The translations under genes and the position numbers were made by a program. Positions 8,020 through 16,952 of a stretch of DNA of 64,000 bases are shown piece by piece (within the stretch, counting starts at the first letter, position 1; the number at the start of each line of letters is the position of its first letter). The notes below the pieces were generated by a model that saw nothing but the letters and a program-made list of their open reading frames with translations, searched no databases and was not told where the DNA came from. Origin of the DNA: Deltaproteobacteria bacterium (GTDB lineage: Bacteria > Desulfobacterota > GWC2-55-46); NCBI GenBank assembly GCA_016182655.1, contig JACPGB010000056.1, positions 18,572 to 82,571 of the forward strand, written 5' to 3'.

Positions 8020-8837
8020 AGACCGTCCTCATCACAGGCGCAAGCGGTTATGTCGGCAAGGCCTTTCTCGCGGCCTTTGGCCGTAACTATAAGTTCAGGG
8101 TCTTCGGCAGAACGCCTGTCGAGGGCTTTGAGTTCTTCAAGGGCGACATAAAGAGTCTCGAAGACCTCGAGAGCGCGACGAAGGGGGCGGATGCCGTCCT
8201 CCACCTCGCCGCGGCCACGACCGACGGCACCGGCATAACCGACTACGAGTACTTCCAGACGAACACCGTGGGCACATTCAATCTGCTTGAAGCCGCCGCG
8301 AGGAACAAAGTCCCGAAGGTCGTCTACGGCAGTTCCGTCTGCGCAGTGGGATTCAGGGCCACCCCAAGGCTCGTCATGGAGACCGACAAGTGCTCTCCAT
8401 CCGACGGGATGTACGGCTACAGCAAATATCTCTCGGAACAACTCTGCGAGTGCTACGCCTCAACGCGCGGCATCAGGATAATCGCGCTACGAACGGCCAT
8501 GGTCGTGCCCCAGCACAAGATAACGGCACCGGCCAACCCGCTTGCAAGGCACTGGCTCGGCGCGGTCCACATAGAAGATGTACTGCAGGCCTTCAGGCTT
8601 GCCATCGACAACGACGGAATCGCCTACGGCGTCTACCATGTCGCGGCTGACAACCCGGCCTCGAAGTTCGACATATCGAAGGCGAGATCAGAGCTCGGCT
8701 ACAGGCCCGCGCACGACCTTAAAGAGTTGACCTCGCCCGGGGCGATCAAGGCCGCCCGCGCGCTCCTCGGCGCTGCGTTGTCCGTCCCGTGCAGGATAAT
8801 AAAAACGATAGCTACAAAGAGGAACGGAACAAGATGA
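8016..8837 (+). CDS. NAD-dependent sugar epimerase/dehydratase (extended SDR)
   Basis: The motifs are [17 protein letters not shown] (GxxGxxG) and YGYSKYLSE (YxxxK). There is an ATGA overlap with the acetyltransferase stop. Confidence 0.85.
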   Translation: MKTVLITGASGYVGKAFLAAFGRNYKFRVFGRTPVEGFEFFKGDIKSLEDLESATKGADAVLHLAAATTDGTGITDYEYFQTNTVGTFNLLEAAARNKVPKVVYGSSVCAVGFRATPRLVMETDKCSPSDGMYGYSKYLSEQLCECYASTRGIRIIALRTAMVVPQHKITAPANPLARHWLGAVHIEDVLQAFRLAIDNDGIAYGVYHVAADNPASKFDISKARSELGYRPAHDLKELTSPGAIKAARALLGAALSVPCRIIKTIATKRNGTR

Positions 8838-10702
8838 AGGTACTGCTCATAAACCCGCCCGGGTGGCAGAAGGGCTCGACGAACCTCGGGCTCTGTTATC
8901 TCGCCTCATCCCTCATCGCCAAGGGGCACAAGGCTCTGATACTCGATGTCAACGCGACTAACGCCTCGCCTGAATACATCGCCGAAAAGGCCCGCGAGTA
9001 CGCGCCGGACATCATAGGCTTCTCCCTCAAGACCTCCACGGCCAACGCCGCGTTCCTGCTTTCCCGCGCGATAAAGAACCGTTACCCGAACGCCGTCCAT
9101 GTCGCCGGGGGCGCGCACATAACGCTCGCCTACGGCGAAAGCCTTATTCAGAACCCGGACATCGAATACTGTTTCCTCGGAGAGGCCGAACGGAGCTTCA
9201 TAGAGTTCGTGGAAAAGAAAGAGAAGGGGCTACCGGTCGAAGATATCCCGGGCATAGCCTTCCGTAAGGGCGCGGAGGTCGTCACCACAAAACGCGAATA
9301 CATAGAAGAGCTCGACGCCATCCCCTTTCCGAGCATGGACGCCATAGAGGGCTTCAGCTTCAAGGACTTCAGATATCCGATGATAACGAGCAGGGGATGC
9401 CCTTATCCCTGCACCTATTGCTGCGTCGGTGTCGTGAGCAGTAAAAAATGGCGCGCCCGCTCGCCGGAGAACATTCTGGATGAGTTGAAGCGCGCAAAGG
9501 AGAAGTACGGCATAACGGCCTTCGAGATACTCGACGACAACTTCACCCTCAGGGTGGAGAGGGCCAAGGAGTTCTGCAGGCTCCTCATAGCGAGCAATCT
9601 CAACCTGAGCTGGTACTGCCACAACGGCATCCGGGCCGACAAGCTCGACATGGAGCTCGCCCGGCTCATGAAAGAGGCCGGTTGCACGAGCGTGGCCCTT
9701 GGCGTTGAGTCCGGCGACCCGGCGATATTCGACAGCATCAAGAAGGGCGAGCCGTTGGAGGCCATCGTCAACGCGGTCAAATGCATAAAGGCCGCGGGGA
9801 TGAAGGCCGTCGGGTACTTCATCATAGGACTTCCCGGAGACTCGCTCGACGGCATAAAGAAGACGATAGAGTTCCAGAAGAGCCTCGGCCTCGACCACTA
9901 CACCTACGGCGTCCTGAACCCCTACCCCTACACCGAGGTCTACGACATCGTAAAGCGCGAGGGCAGGATGCTCATGGACATAAAGGAGTCCTCGCACTTC
10001 TCTACCGATCTGACCATCCCCTTCGAGATGCCTGGGTTTTCGCGCAAAGACATGGAGAAGGCGTTTTATCTCGCCAAGTTCCAGCAACTCTACCAGGCTA
10101 TAGACTTTTACGAGAAAAAACACGGCAAGAAGCCCTCGCGCATCCTCTACTTCGACTTCTCGCCGGGCTCGCGCTTCACGGAGAACCTCTCAAAGCTCAT
10201 CGACAATTACGAGCTCGATGTCTTCTGCTTCCAGACGCGTAGCGACGACTACTTCAAGAACAAAACGAAATGGAAGCTAACCAACCTCCATGTCTATGTC
10301 GATACGCCGTATATATCCGGAAGGATAAAGTCGTTCCTCGGGTTCTTCAACGCCTTCCGGAAGCGTGACTACTCAATGGTCTTTTTCAACATAGGGACGC
10401 CTCAAATGCTCCTACCGCCGTTCCTCGCGGTCGTCAGGCCCCGGGTCTTCTACCTCGAGGCCGAGGACGGCGCGAAGCTCATGACCATGAAGGACCCGGA
10501 GATAGTGGCGCTCAAGCGCAAAAAGCTCAGGGAGCTATTCTTCATGCTCCCAAAGCTCTCCATTTCCGCCCTCGCCTATCCTTTCATGAGGCTCTCGGTC
10601 ATAGGCTTCGGGGCCTTCCTGCACTTCAAGAGAGACGGCAAAAGGGTCGAGTTCACGCGAGAAGGCCCGAAGCTTAAAGATATGAAGAAAGACAAGGAAT
10701 AA
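8834..10702 (+). CDS. B12-binding-domain radical SAM protein with a roughly 190-aa C-terminal extension
   Basis: The N-terminus [10 protein letters not shown]...CYLASSLIAKGHKALILDVN is B12-binding-like. TSRGCPYPCTYCC is the CxxxCxxC radical SAM motif. The start at 8834 gives an ATGA overlap with the upstream stop. A hydrophobic segment sits near the end (ISALAYPFMRLSVIGFGAFLHF). Confidence 0.85.
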   Translation: MKVLLINPPGWQKGSTNLGLCYLASSLIAKGHKALILDVNATNASPEYIAEKAREYAPDIIGFSLKTSTANAAFLLSRAIKNRYPNAVHVAGGAHITLAYGESLIQNPDIEYCFLGEAERSFIEFVEKKEKGLPVEDIPGIAFRKGAEVVTTKREYIEELDAIPFPSMDAIEGFSFKDFRYPMITSRGCPYPCTYCCVGVVSSKKWRARSPENILDELKRAKEKYGITAFEILDDNFTLRVERAKEFCRLLIASNLNLSWYCHNGIRADKLDMELARLMKEAGCTSVALGVESGDPAIFDSIKKGEPLEAIVNAVKCIKAAGMKAVGYFIIGLPGDSLDGIKKTIEFQKSLGLDHYTYGVLNPYPYTEVYDIVKREGRMLMDIKESSHFSTDLTIPFEMPGFSRKDMEKAFYLAKFQQLYQAIDFYEKKHGKKPSRILYFDFSPGSRFTENLSKLIDNYELDVFCFQTRSDDYFKNKTKWKLTNLHVYVDTPYISGRIKSFLGFFNAFRKRDYSMVFFNIGTPQMLLPPFLAVVRPRVFYLEAEDGAKLMTMKDPEIVALKRKKLRELFFMLPKLSISALAYPFMRLSVIGFGAFLHFKRDGKRVEFTREGPKLKDMKKDKE

Positions 10703-11940
10703 TGAAAGTCCTCCACCTCTGCGACCATTACCGCCCCATAGGAGGGGCCGAAAAACTCCTCTTCGACACGCTTGACGCGCTTGAAAGGAACGGCGTGGAA
10801 AATGTCGTCGCCACCCACGACTACCTTGAGAACAAGGCCACCGGCGACCGCAAGGAATACATCGTCCACGACCTCGACCTCCACCCGTTCTCGTGGAACT
10901 ACCTCGATTATTTCATAAGGAGCGCGCGCGCCGGAAAGGCCCTCCGAAAAGTAATAGAAGCTGAGCGGCCGGATTGCATACACATCCACAACCTCCAGAA
11001 CCCGTTCTCCATAAGCGAGGCGATAAAGGCCGCGCCGACCGTCCGCGCCATACACGACCCGAGGCTGTATTGCTTCAACAACTGGCGGATATTGAGAAAG
11101 ACGAAGGAGATATGCCCCTATCCGCTCGGGTACAAGTGCGTGACCGAAGGTTGCCTCTGGCCGGACCTCCTCGCCTTCACTACCGACGGCAGGTGCGCGA
11201 TCCCCAGATACGCCTCTTACCTCATGCACAGGCGGGTCGAGAAGCTCATCGTGGAGAGCGAGGCCATGCGCGCCTGCGTCCTCCAGAACGGGTACAGTGA
11301 GACCCAGATAGCGTTCCTTCCGAACTTCACCAAGACCTTCGCATTCGACGAGGTCATGAGGCGGATAGACGAATTGGACAGAAAAGAAGAGAACAGCATC
11401 CTCTTCGTCGGAAGGGCATCTTTTGAAAAGGGCGTCGATTATCTCCTCGAGGCCGCGACCCACATAAAGATCCCATTCAAGCTCTACCTCGTCACAGGCG
11501 GCCCGGAGACGGCCGCGATACACGGAAAGATAGAGAGGCTCGGCTTGAAGGGCAAGGTCGAGGTCCCGGGCGTACAGTCCTACGCGAAGACGAGGGACTA
11601 TTACGCGATGGCCGATGTGGTGGTCGTGCCCTCGGTCTGGATAGAGTCGTTCTGTCTCGTGGGAATCGAGGCGATGGCGAACGCGAAGCCTGTCGTGGCC
11701 TTCCGGACGGGCGGCATCCCCGACTGGCTTGAGGACGGAAAGACAGGTTATCTCGCCGAGTGCAGGAATGTAAAAGAGCTGGCCGAAAAAATAGAGCTGG
11801 TTTTAAAAGACAAGGAAGCGGCGAAGGTGATGGGGATAATGGGCTACAGGCGCGTGCAGGAGAACTACACGATGGAGGTCTATCTGCCGAGGCTCCTGAG
11901 GATCTACGAGAGCGCGATGGAGGCGAGGAAAAAACTATAA
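10702..11940 (+). CDS. Family 4 (GT-B) glycosyltransferase
   Basis: The E-x7-E region is VVVPSVWIESFCLVGIEAMANAKPVVAFRTGGIPDWLEDGKTGYL. There is a TAATG overlap with the radical SAM stop. Confidence 0.85.
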   Translation: MKVLHLCDHYRPIGGAEKLLFDTLDALERNGVENVVATHDYLENKATGDRKEYIVHDLDLHPFSWNYLDYFIRSARAGKALRKVIEAERPDCIHIHNLQNPFSISEAIKAAPTVRAIHDPRLYCFNNWRILRKTKEICPYPLGYKCVTEGCLWPDLLAFTTDGRCAIPRYASYLMHRRVEKLIVESEAMRACVLQNGYSETQIAFLPNFTKTFAFDEVMRRIDELDRKEENSILFVGRASFEKGVDYLLEAATHIKIPFKLYLVTGGPETAAIHGKIERLGLKGKVEVPGVQSYAKTRDYYAMADVVVVPSVWIESFCLVGIEAMANAKPVVAFRTGGIPDWLEDGKTGYLAECRNVKELAEKIELVLKDKEAAKVMGIMGYRRVQENYTMEVYLPRLLRIYESAMEARKKL

Positions 11941-12005
11941 ATCCTTGAAAACCCGCAAGGTGCGCTGAAAGACTCAAGATGAGTGAAACGGATCGTCAGG
12001 CGGCT

Positions 12006-12110
12006 CTAAAAAGCACCCGACGAGGCGTCGAAAATGGATGAGGCGTACTTTTTATGTACGCCTCAGTTATGAGCTTTGATGACAACAAAGCAGATGGGAC
12101 TTATTTAAAG
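12006..12110. repeat. Dispersed roughly 105-nt structured element, copy A
   Basis: It aligns by eye with 35513-35624 through shared blocks: AAAAAGC, GAGGCGTCGA, the hairpin GAGGCGTAC-T-rich loop-GTACGCC (12040-12064), CAGTTA.GAGC and GACAACAAAGCAGATGG.ACTTATTTAAA. The ends are partly complementary. Confidence 0.6.
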
Positions 12111-12117
12111 CCTGATA

Positions 12118-13869
12118 CTATTTTTTAAGCAACTTCTTGAAGATCCTTTTGAGTATCCCGGTCTTCTCCTTGACGTGCTCCGCTGCCGGTTCTTTCCGCT
12201 CAGCGTGCTGGGTCTTTGGCTTTTCCTCCGACCATGCAGTCACAGGCGCGGCCGTCTCCTTCCTGTGTTCTTCGGGTTTAGGCCTTTCGCGCCTCTCCCC
12301 CGGCCTCTGCCTTTCATTCCTGGGCCTGTCGGTCCTGTGCCTGTCAGTCCTATGCCTCTCGGGTCTCTGCCCTTCTGTCCTCTGCCCTTCCACCCTCTGT
12401 CTCTCGGGTCTCTGACCTTCCGGCTTAAGGCCTTCCTTCGGCCTCTCTCCCCCCTGCGCGCCCTCTTTTCTCTCCGGACGGCGCGGCCCCCTGTTCCTCG
12501 GCGGGCGGCCGGCTTTTTCACCCGCCGCCTTTTCCGGTACGGCCCGCTTTTCAGCCTCTATGGGTGCTTCCTTTTTTTCAGTATGCGGGCGGCCTTTTCT
12601 GTCGTCGCGGGGGCGGTTTCTACCGTCCCTTGAGGGTCTCCCGCCTTCGCGCCCTCCCTGAGGCCTTCTCTCCCCGTACTTCCCGCCCCTCCCCTCGCGC
12701 CTCCGTTCAGGCTCGGGCGCGGCGTCTTTCACGAGCTCGGAATCCTCTATCCACTCGTTCTCGATCTTCCGCTCGATGTATTTTTCTATCTCCGGGAGGT
12801 TAAGGACGTGGTCCTCGCAGGCGAGGCTGTAGGCCTTGCCGCTCTTTCCGGCCCTCGCGGTCCTGCCTATCCTGTGGACGTAGTTTGCGGCGTCGTCCGG
12901 CAGGTCGTAGTTGAAGACATGCGAGACGTCCTCTATGTGAAGGCCTCTTGCCGCGACGTCGGTCGCCACGACTATCCTCAGGTTCCCTGACTTGATACCG
13001 TCTATTATTTTCGACCTCTTCTCCTGGCTCACGTCCCCGGTAAGGACCTTCGCCTGCACGTTATTGGCGGAGAGCCTCTTGCCGAGGGACTCGGCGGTGG
13101 ACTTCATGTTCGTAAATATTATGGCGCGCTCGACGTCCGGCCTCCGGAGAAGCGTCAGCAACACCGGGTACTTCTCTTCGTTCGAGACGTAGATGATCTT
13201 CTGGTCTATTGAGTTTACGGTCACCTGCTCCGGCTCGATCTCGATCATGACCGGGTCGGGATTCATGTAGCGCGAGGCGAGCCTCCGCACGTTGGAGTCG
13301 ATGGTCGCGGAGAAGAGCATCGTCTGCCTCGGCTTATTCTTCGGCAGTTTCCCGGCGATGTACATTATGTCGGGAGCGAAACCCATGTCGAACATCCGGT
13401 CCGCCTCGTCGATCACGAATATTTCCATGTCGTCGAGGGAAAGGGTCTTCGATTTATAGAGGTCTATCATGCGTCCCGGGGTGGCCACGACAAGGTCGAC
13501 TCCGGTTTTAAGCGCGCCGACCTGCTTATCGTACTCGACCCCGCCGTAAATGGCGACCGACCTGAAAGGTATGTGTTTGCCGAGCTTCACCGCGTCGTCT
13601 ACTACCTGTGTGGCGAGCTCTCTCGTCGGGACCATTACGAGCGCCCTCGGCCGCTTCGAGGCGTTCGGCCCCGCGGCGAGGAGCCTGCTGAATATGGAGA
13701 GGAGGAAGACGGCGGTCTTTCCCGACCCCGTCTGCGACTGGGCTATCACGTCCTTCCCGGCGAGGCAGTCGGGGAGCGATTGCTCCTGGATGGGCGTGCA
13801 ATGCTCGAACCCCGCGTCCTGTATCCCCTTTAAAATATCCGGGCTTAAACCCAAACTATCAAATTTCAT
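12118..13869 (-). CDS. rhlB: DEAD-box ATP-dependent RNA helicase, RhlB-like, with a long Arg/Glu/Pro-rich C-terminal tail
   Basis: The motifs are AQSQTGSGKT, DEAD, SAT and HRIGRTARAG, with co-linear similarity to E. coli RhlB from memory. The last roughly 190 aa are low complexity (EGQRPERQRVEGQRTEGQRPERHRTDRHRTDRPR...). Confidence 0.88.
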   Translation of the reverse strand: MKFDSLGLSPDILKGIQDAGFEHCTPIQEQSLPDCLAGKDVIAQSQTGSGKTAVFLLSIFSRLLAAGPNASKRPRALVMVPTRELATQVVDDAVKLGKHIPFRSVAIYGGVEYDKQVGALKTGVDLVVATPGRMIDLYKSKTLSLDDMEIFVIDEADRMFDMGFAPDIMYIAGKLPKNKPRQTMLFSATIDSNVRRLASRYMNPDPVMIEIEPEQVTVNSIDQKIIYVSNEEKYPVLLTLLRRPDVERAIIFTNMKSTAESLGKRLSANNVQAKVLTGDVSQEKRSKIIDGIKSGNLRIVVATDVAARGLHIEDVSHVFNYDLPDDAANYVHRIGRTARAGKSGKAYSLACEDHVLNLPEIEKYIERKIENEWIEDSELVKDAAPEPERRREGRGGKYGERRPQGGREGGRPSRDGRNRPRDDRKGRPHTEKKEAPIEAEKRAVPEKAAGEKAGRPPRNRGPRRPERKEGAQGGERPKEGLKPEGQRPERQRVEGQRTEGQRPERHRTDRHRTDRPRNERQRPGERRERPKPEEHRKETAAPVTAWSEEKPKTQHAERKEPAAEHVKEKTGILKRIFKKLLKK

Positions 13870-14184
13870 CTTATCCTCATTTTTCCTTATTTTGCTTATT
13901 TATCATGGGCGCATGACCGTTCTGATCAAGAGAAGACCTGGAAATGCAACCCTGAAATTCATATATCACCCTTTAGTACACCACTTAAGACGCCCCGGAG
14001 TCAAGCACAACTTACCGCAATGAAATCGCAATTCCACGTTGCGACGGCTTTTTTTCGCAGCGTCTCTCTTAAGCCGATATATTAAATATAACATGAATAA
14101 CTGTTTTTTGCCCTAAAATAAATGAGTTGGGCGTACGGGTACGCTCCGCCCGGCGTGCGCGGCGCAAATCATTAAACCCGCGAT

Positions 14185-14212
14185 TTGCATTTGCAGTCAC
14201 CGCCTGTATAAT
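14185..14212 (+). promoter_or_regulatory. Sigma-70-like promoter candidate for the 14266 gene
   Basis: TTGCAT (14185-14190), then 16 nt, then TATAAT (14207-14212), about 55 nt upstream of the start. Confidence 0.4.
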
Positions 14213-14265
14213 CTTGACATGGGGCGGTAATCGATTGCCCTGTCCCCGTTTAAAGGAGAATATCC

Positions 14266-14832
14266 ATGGTCATGAAGAGCTTTACGTATTCGATCGACAG
14301 CCAGGACAGGCTCATCACGGCCAACAGCGAATGGGACGCCTTCGCGCTGGAGAACTACGCGCCGGAACTGGCGTTCGAGCGGATCAAGTACGCGTCTCTC
14401 TGGGACTTCATTTACGACACCGAGACGCGGCATATCTACAGGCTGATACTGGAGAAGGTGCGTAATTCCACGGTATCGGTCCGGCTCCCCTTCAGGTGCG
14501 ACTCCCCGGATCGCAGGCGCTTCATGGAGATGGAGATGCTCCCGCTTGAGGCGATGGCGGTGATGTTCAATACGTCGATCATCAGGGAGGAGAAAAGAGA
14601 GCCTGTAAAGCTCCTCGACGCCTTCACGGAGAGGAGCGAACAGTTCATAAGGATGTGCAGTTGGTGCAAATGCGTCATCCTCGATGACGGGAGTTGCATG
14701 GAGGTGGAGGAGGCGGTAAGGCGAAGGGAACTCTTCAACGAGCCAAAGCTTCCCCGGATAACCCACGGGGCGTGCGCGGTTTGCTCTAAAAAATGGTTTG
14801 ACGAGATAGGATCCAGGCGGTCGTCCGGTTAA
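14266..14832 (+). CDS. Hypothetical PAS-like protein with a C-terminal CxxC...HGxCxxC motif
   Basis: 188-aa ORF preceded by AAAGGAGAA. The C-terminus is RMCSWCKCVILDDGSCMEVEE...ITHGACAVCSKKW. The opposite-strand 213-aa ORF looks like a shadow. Confidence 0.6.
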   Translation: MVMKSFTYSIDSQDRLITANSEWDAFALENYAPELAFERIKYASLWDFIYDTETRHIYRLILEKVRNSTVSVRLPFRCDSPDRRRFMEMEMLPLEAMAVMFNTSIIREEKREPVKLLDAFTERSEQFIRMCSWCKCVILDDGSCMEVEEAVRRRELFNEPKLPRITHGACAVCSKKWFDEIGSRRSSG

Positions 14833-14931
14833 AACCAAAAACTACCCTTTCGCCGTCCTTCGTCCCTACGGGCAAAAACGGCACACCCTATCCTTTTTTC
14901 AACTCCACCGGAGCCTCCCGGCCCCTCTCCG

Positions 14932-15153
14932 TCAGACATGCCTTGATCTCCGCCTTAACCCTCTCGCAATCAGAACAGCGAGAGCGAAGGCCGCGAGCAC
15001 CGGCAGAAAGACGATCGTGAAGTCGAGCAGGATAACGAAAAGACCCCACATCGGGAGGACCAGCACGGCGGCCAGGAGCAATACCGTCAGGACAAAAAGC
15101 GCCCTTTCCCCTGAAGTCTCTTCTTTATGGATATGGCCGGAAACCCTTACCAT
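14932..15153 (-). CDS. Small two-helix membrane protein, hypothetical
   Basis: The ATG at 15153 follows AAGGGGGTG. The product is MVRVSGHIHKEETSGERALFVLTVLLLAAVLVLPMWGLFVILLDFTIVFLPVLAAFALAVLIARGLRRRSRHV. Confidence 0.5.
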   Translation of the reverse strand: MVRVSGHIHKEETSGERALFVLTVLLLAAVLVLPMWGLFVILLDFTIVFLPVLAAFALAVLIARGLRRRSRHV

Positions 15154-15314
15154 AAGCCCACCCCCTTTCGAGGTGAAAAACCGGCCTTTCACGGCTTTCC
15201 AACCTAATTATACACCTTTTGGAAGGCGGCTTTCCACGCGAATAACGGCCTTCACCGGGCCCAAATAATCCCGGATTCCGGCAAGTTGCGAGAGAGAGGC
15301 CATTCGCGTCAGAC

Positions 15315-15342
15315 TTGTCATGACAACTATTGTCTTGACAAT
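15315..15342. promoter_or_regulatory. Two adjacent palindromes overlapping a TTGACA box upstream of marR (candidate MarR operator)
   Basis: The palindromes are TTGTCATGACAA (15315-15326) and ATTGTCTTGACAAT (15329-15342). TTGACA lies at 15335-15340. Confidence 0.45.
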
Positions 15343-15413
15343 GATTTCAGCCTCGTGATTAAATCGTATCCGTACCCCAAAACTACCCGGTCCGCCGCGC
15401 AAATCGAGCAACC

Positions 15414-15881
15414 ATGAAGACGACGCATTACACGCTTAAAAACTACACCATGGACGAAAGCGTCGGCTTTCTCCTGAAACAGGCCGCTGGAGTCATAGAG
15501 AAAAGGCTCGCCGCCGAGCTCAGGAAGAAGTGCCCGGAGTCCACCACCGCCCAATGGGTCATACTCATGCTCGTGGGTAACGGGAAGTGCCGGACAGCGG
15601 CGGAGCTCTCGGAGGCGATGTCCACGGACATGGGCTCGGTTACGAGGATGCTCGACCGGCTGGAGACAAAAGGGCTCGTCAAAAGGACGCGCTCGACGAA
15701 AGACAGGCGGCTCGTGGATCTAAGCCTCACCGAGGCCGGGGAGGAGCTCTTCCCGCACCTGCCGGAGGCCTCCATAAACGCGCTGAACGCGCTCCTCGGA
15801 GGCTTTACGAAAGACGAGGTCGGGGAATTGAAGGCGCTCCTGCGGCGGTTGATAGAGGCGGGTAACTCCTGTGACGGTTAA
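15414..15881 (+). CDS. MarR family transcriptional regulator
   Basis: The wHTH region is QWVILMLVGNGKCRTAAELSEAMSTDMGSVTRMLDRLETKGLVKRTRSTKDRRLVDLSLTEAG. Confidence 0.85.
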   Translation: MKTTHYTLKNYTMDESVGFLLKQAAGVIEKRLAAELRKKCPESTTAQWVILMLVGNGKCRTAAELSEAMSTDMGSVTRMLDRLETKGLVKRTRSTKDRRLVDLSLTEAGEELFPHLPEASINALNALLGGFTKDEVGELKALLRRLIEAGNSCDG

Positions 15882-15971
15882 AGGGCCTGAGCCGCTCGCG
15901 GTTTTAAATGAAGAAAGCATTCGACATGGATAAAGGGTTTGATCGGGGTAATGAAGGGGCGGAAGAAAAGG

Positions 15972-16247
15972 TCACTTCTCTGACTTTATATCTTTCGACT
16001 CTCTCAAAAGTCGGTTACGGCTCCAGTTCTCGGCGTTTTCAGAATATGAATCCTCGACCTCGCTCCAGCTCATGGAGTCATTCCGGGGTTTTGTCTTGAG
16101 AGGCTCTTCTTTATTTTCAACGGCTTTTGCTGAATACTCTCCGGTTTCCGAAATTGACTCCTTTATGCCTGTATCGGCCAGGGAACTGCCGAAAAGCAAT
16201 GCCATAAAAACTACTGCCAGTAGTACGACAAGATCGGTCCTGCCCAT
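15972..16247 (-). CDS. Small secreted protein, hypothetical
   Basis: The ATG at 16247 follows AAGGGTG. The signal-peptide-like N-terminus is MGRTDLVVLLAVVFMALLFGSSLA, followed by an acidic, polar sequence. Confidence 0.45.
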   Translation of the reverse strand: MGRTDLVVLLAVVFMALLFGSSLADTGIKESISETGEYSAKAVENKEEPLKTKPRNDSMSWSEVEDSYSENAENWSRNRLLRESKDIKSEK

Positions 16248-16382
16248 ACGGCACCCTTGGGTAGATGTTTGAATGAACAACTGGTTGTGATTGTGACATT
16301 ATTATATAAAAGAGCACCTTTTATGTCAATCCCCTAATTTTAGGGGGTGTAGAAAATATCACTACAGAATATAGAGGGTACG

Positions 16383-16952
16383 ATGAGCATACCAGGTCAT
16401 GAGACCCAAAAAAGCACTACGGGATATACTCTAACGGCTATCGTTTTGCACTGGGGGACCGCCGCGCTCATAATCGCCGGTTTCGCGCTCGGTGAGTACA
16501 TGGGAGACCTCGCCGTCTCTCCAATGAAGCTCAGGCTCTACTCCTATCACAAATGGCTCGGCGTGACGGTCTTCACGCTCGCCGTAGTAAGGCTCGCCTG
16601 GAGGGCATTCCACGCGCCACCGCCCTTCCCGCAAAAGATGCCGTCATGGGAGAGGGCCGGGGCATTGGCCGCGCACGCGTTACTCTACGCGCTCCTCTTC
16701 GCCATACCCGTCGTCGGGTGGCTCGGAAGCTCGGCCCACGGCTTCCAGACTGTTTACCTCGGTGTCGTCCCCATACCAGACCTCCTCGCAAAAAATAAAG
16801 AGCTCGCCGAGCTCCTTGAAGAGGTCCACGAACAGCTCAACCACGCCCTCTTCCTTATTGTGGCGGCCCACATAGGGGCGGCGCTAAAACACCACTTTAT
16901 CGACAAAGACGATATACTGAGACGCATGATAGGCCTCGGGGGACGAAAGTGA
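16383..16952 (+). CDS. Cytochrome b561 family protein (CybB/YceJ-like)
   Basis: Four hydrophobic helices with conserved His positions (LHWGTAALII, YSYHKWLG, ...AAHIGAALKHHFIDKDDILRRM). Confidence 0.85.
   Translation: MSIPGHETQKSTTGYTLTAIVLHWGTAALIIAGFALGEYMGDLAVSPMKLRLYSYHKWLGVTVFTLAVVRLAWRAFHAPPPFPQKMPSWERAGALAAHALLYALLFAIPVVGWLGSSAHGFQTVYLGVVPIPDLLAKNKELAELLEEVHEQLNHALFLIVAAHIGAALKHHFIDKDDILRRMIGLGGRK

Noticed and set aside
9230-11523. Long minus-strand ORFs 9230-10123 and 10576-11523
   Set aside because: They are antisense shadows of the radical SAM and GT4 genes, whose motifs are unambiguous on the plus strand.
12040-12064. Interpreting the GAGGCGTAC...GTACGCCTC hairpins (also at 35555-35580) as simple rho-independent terminators
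   Set aside because: No T-tract follows the stem on either strand. The hairpin is embedded in a longer conserved element, so it is reported as a dispersed repeat instead.
12137-12990. Several ORFs on both strands inside the helicase tail region
   Set aside because: They are generated by the low-complexity Arg/Pro/Glu repeat DNA. The helicase frame is continuous with the conserved core.
14197-14838. Minus-strand 213-aa ORF
   Set aside because: It is antisense to the PAS-like ORF, which has the SD site and the Cys motif. Its composition looks like a shadow frame.
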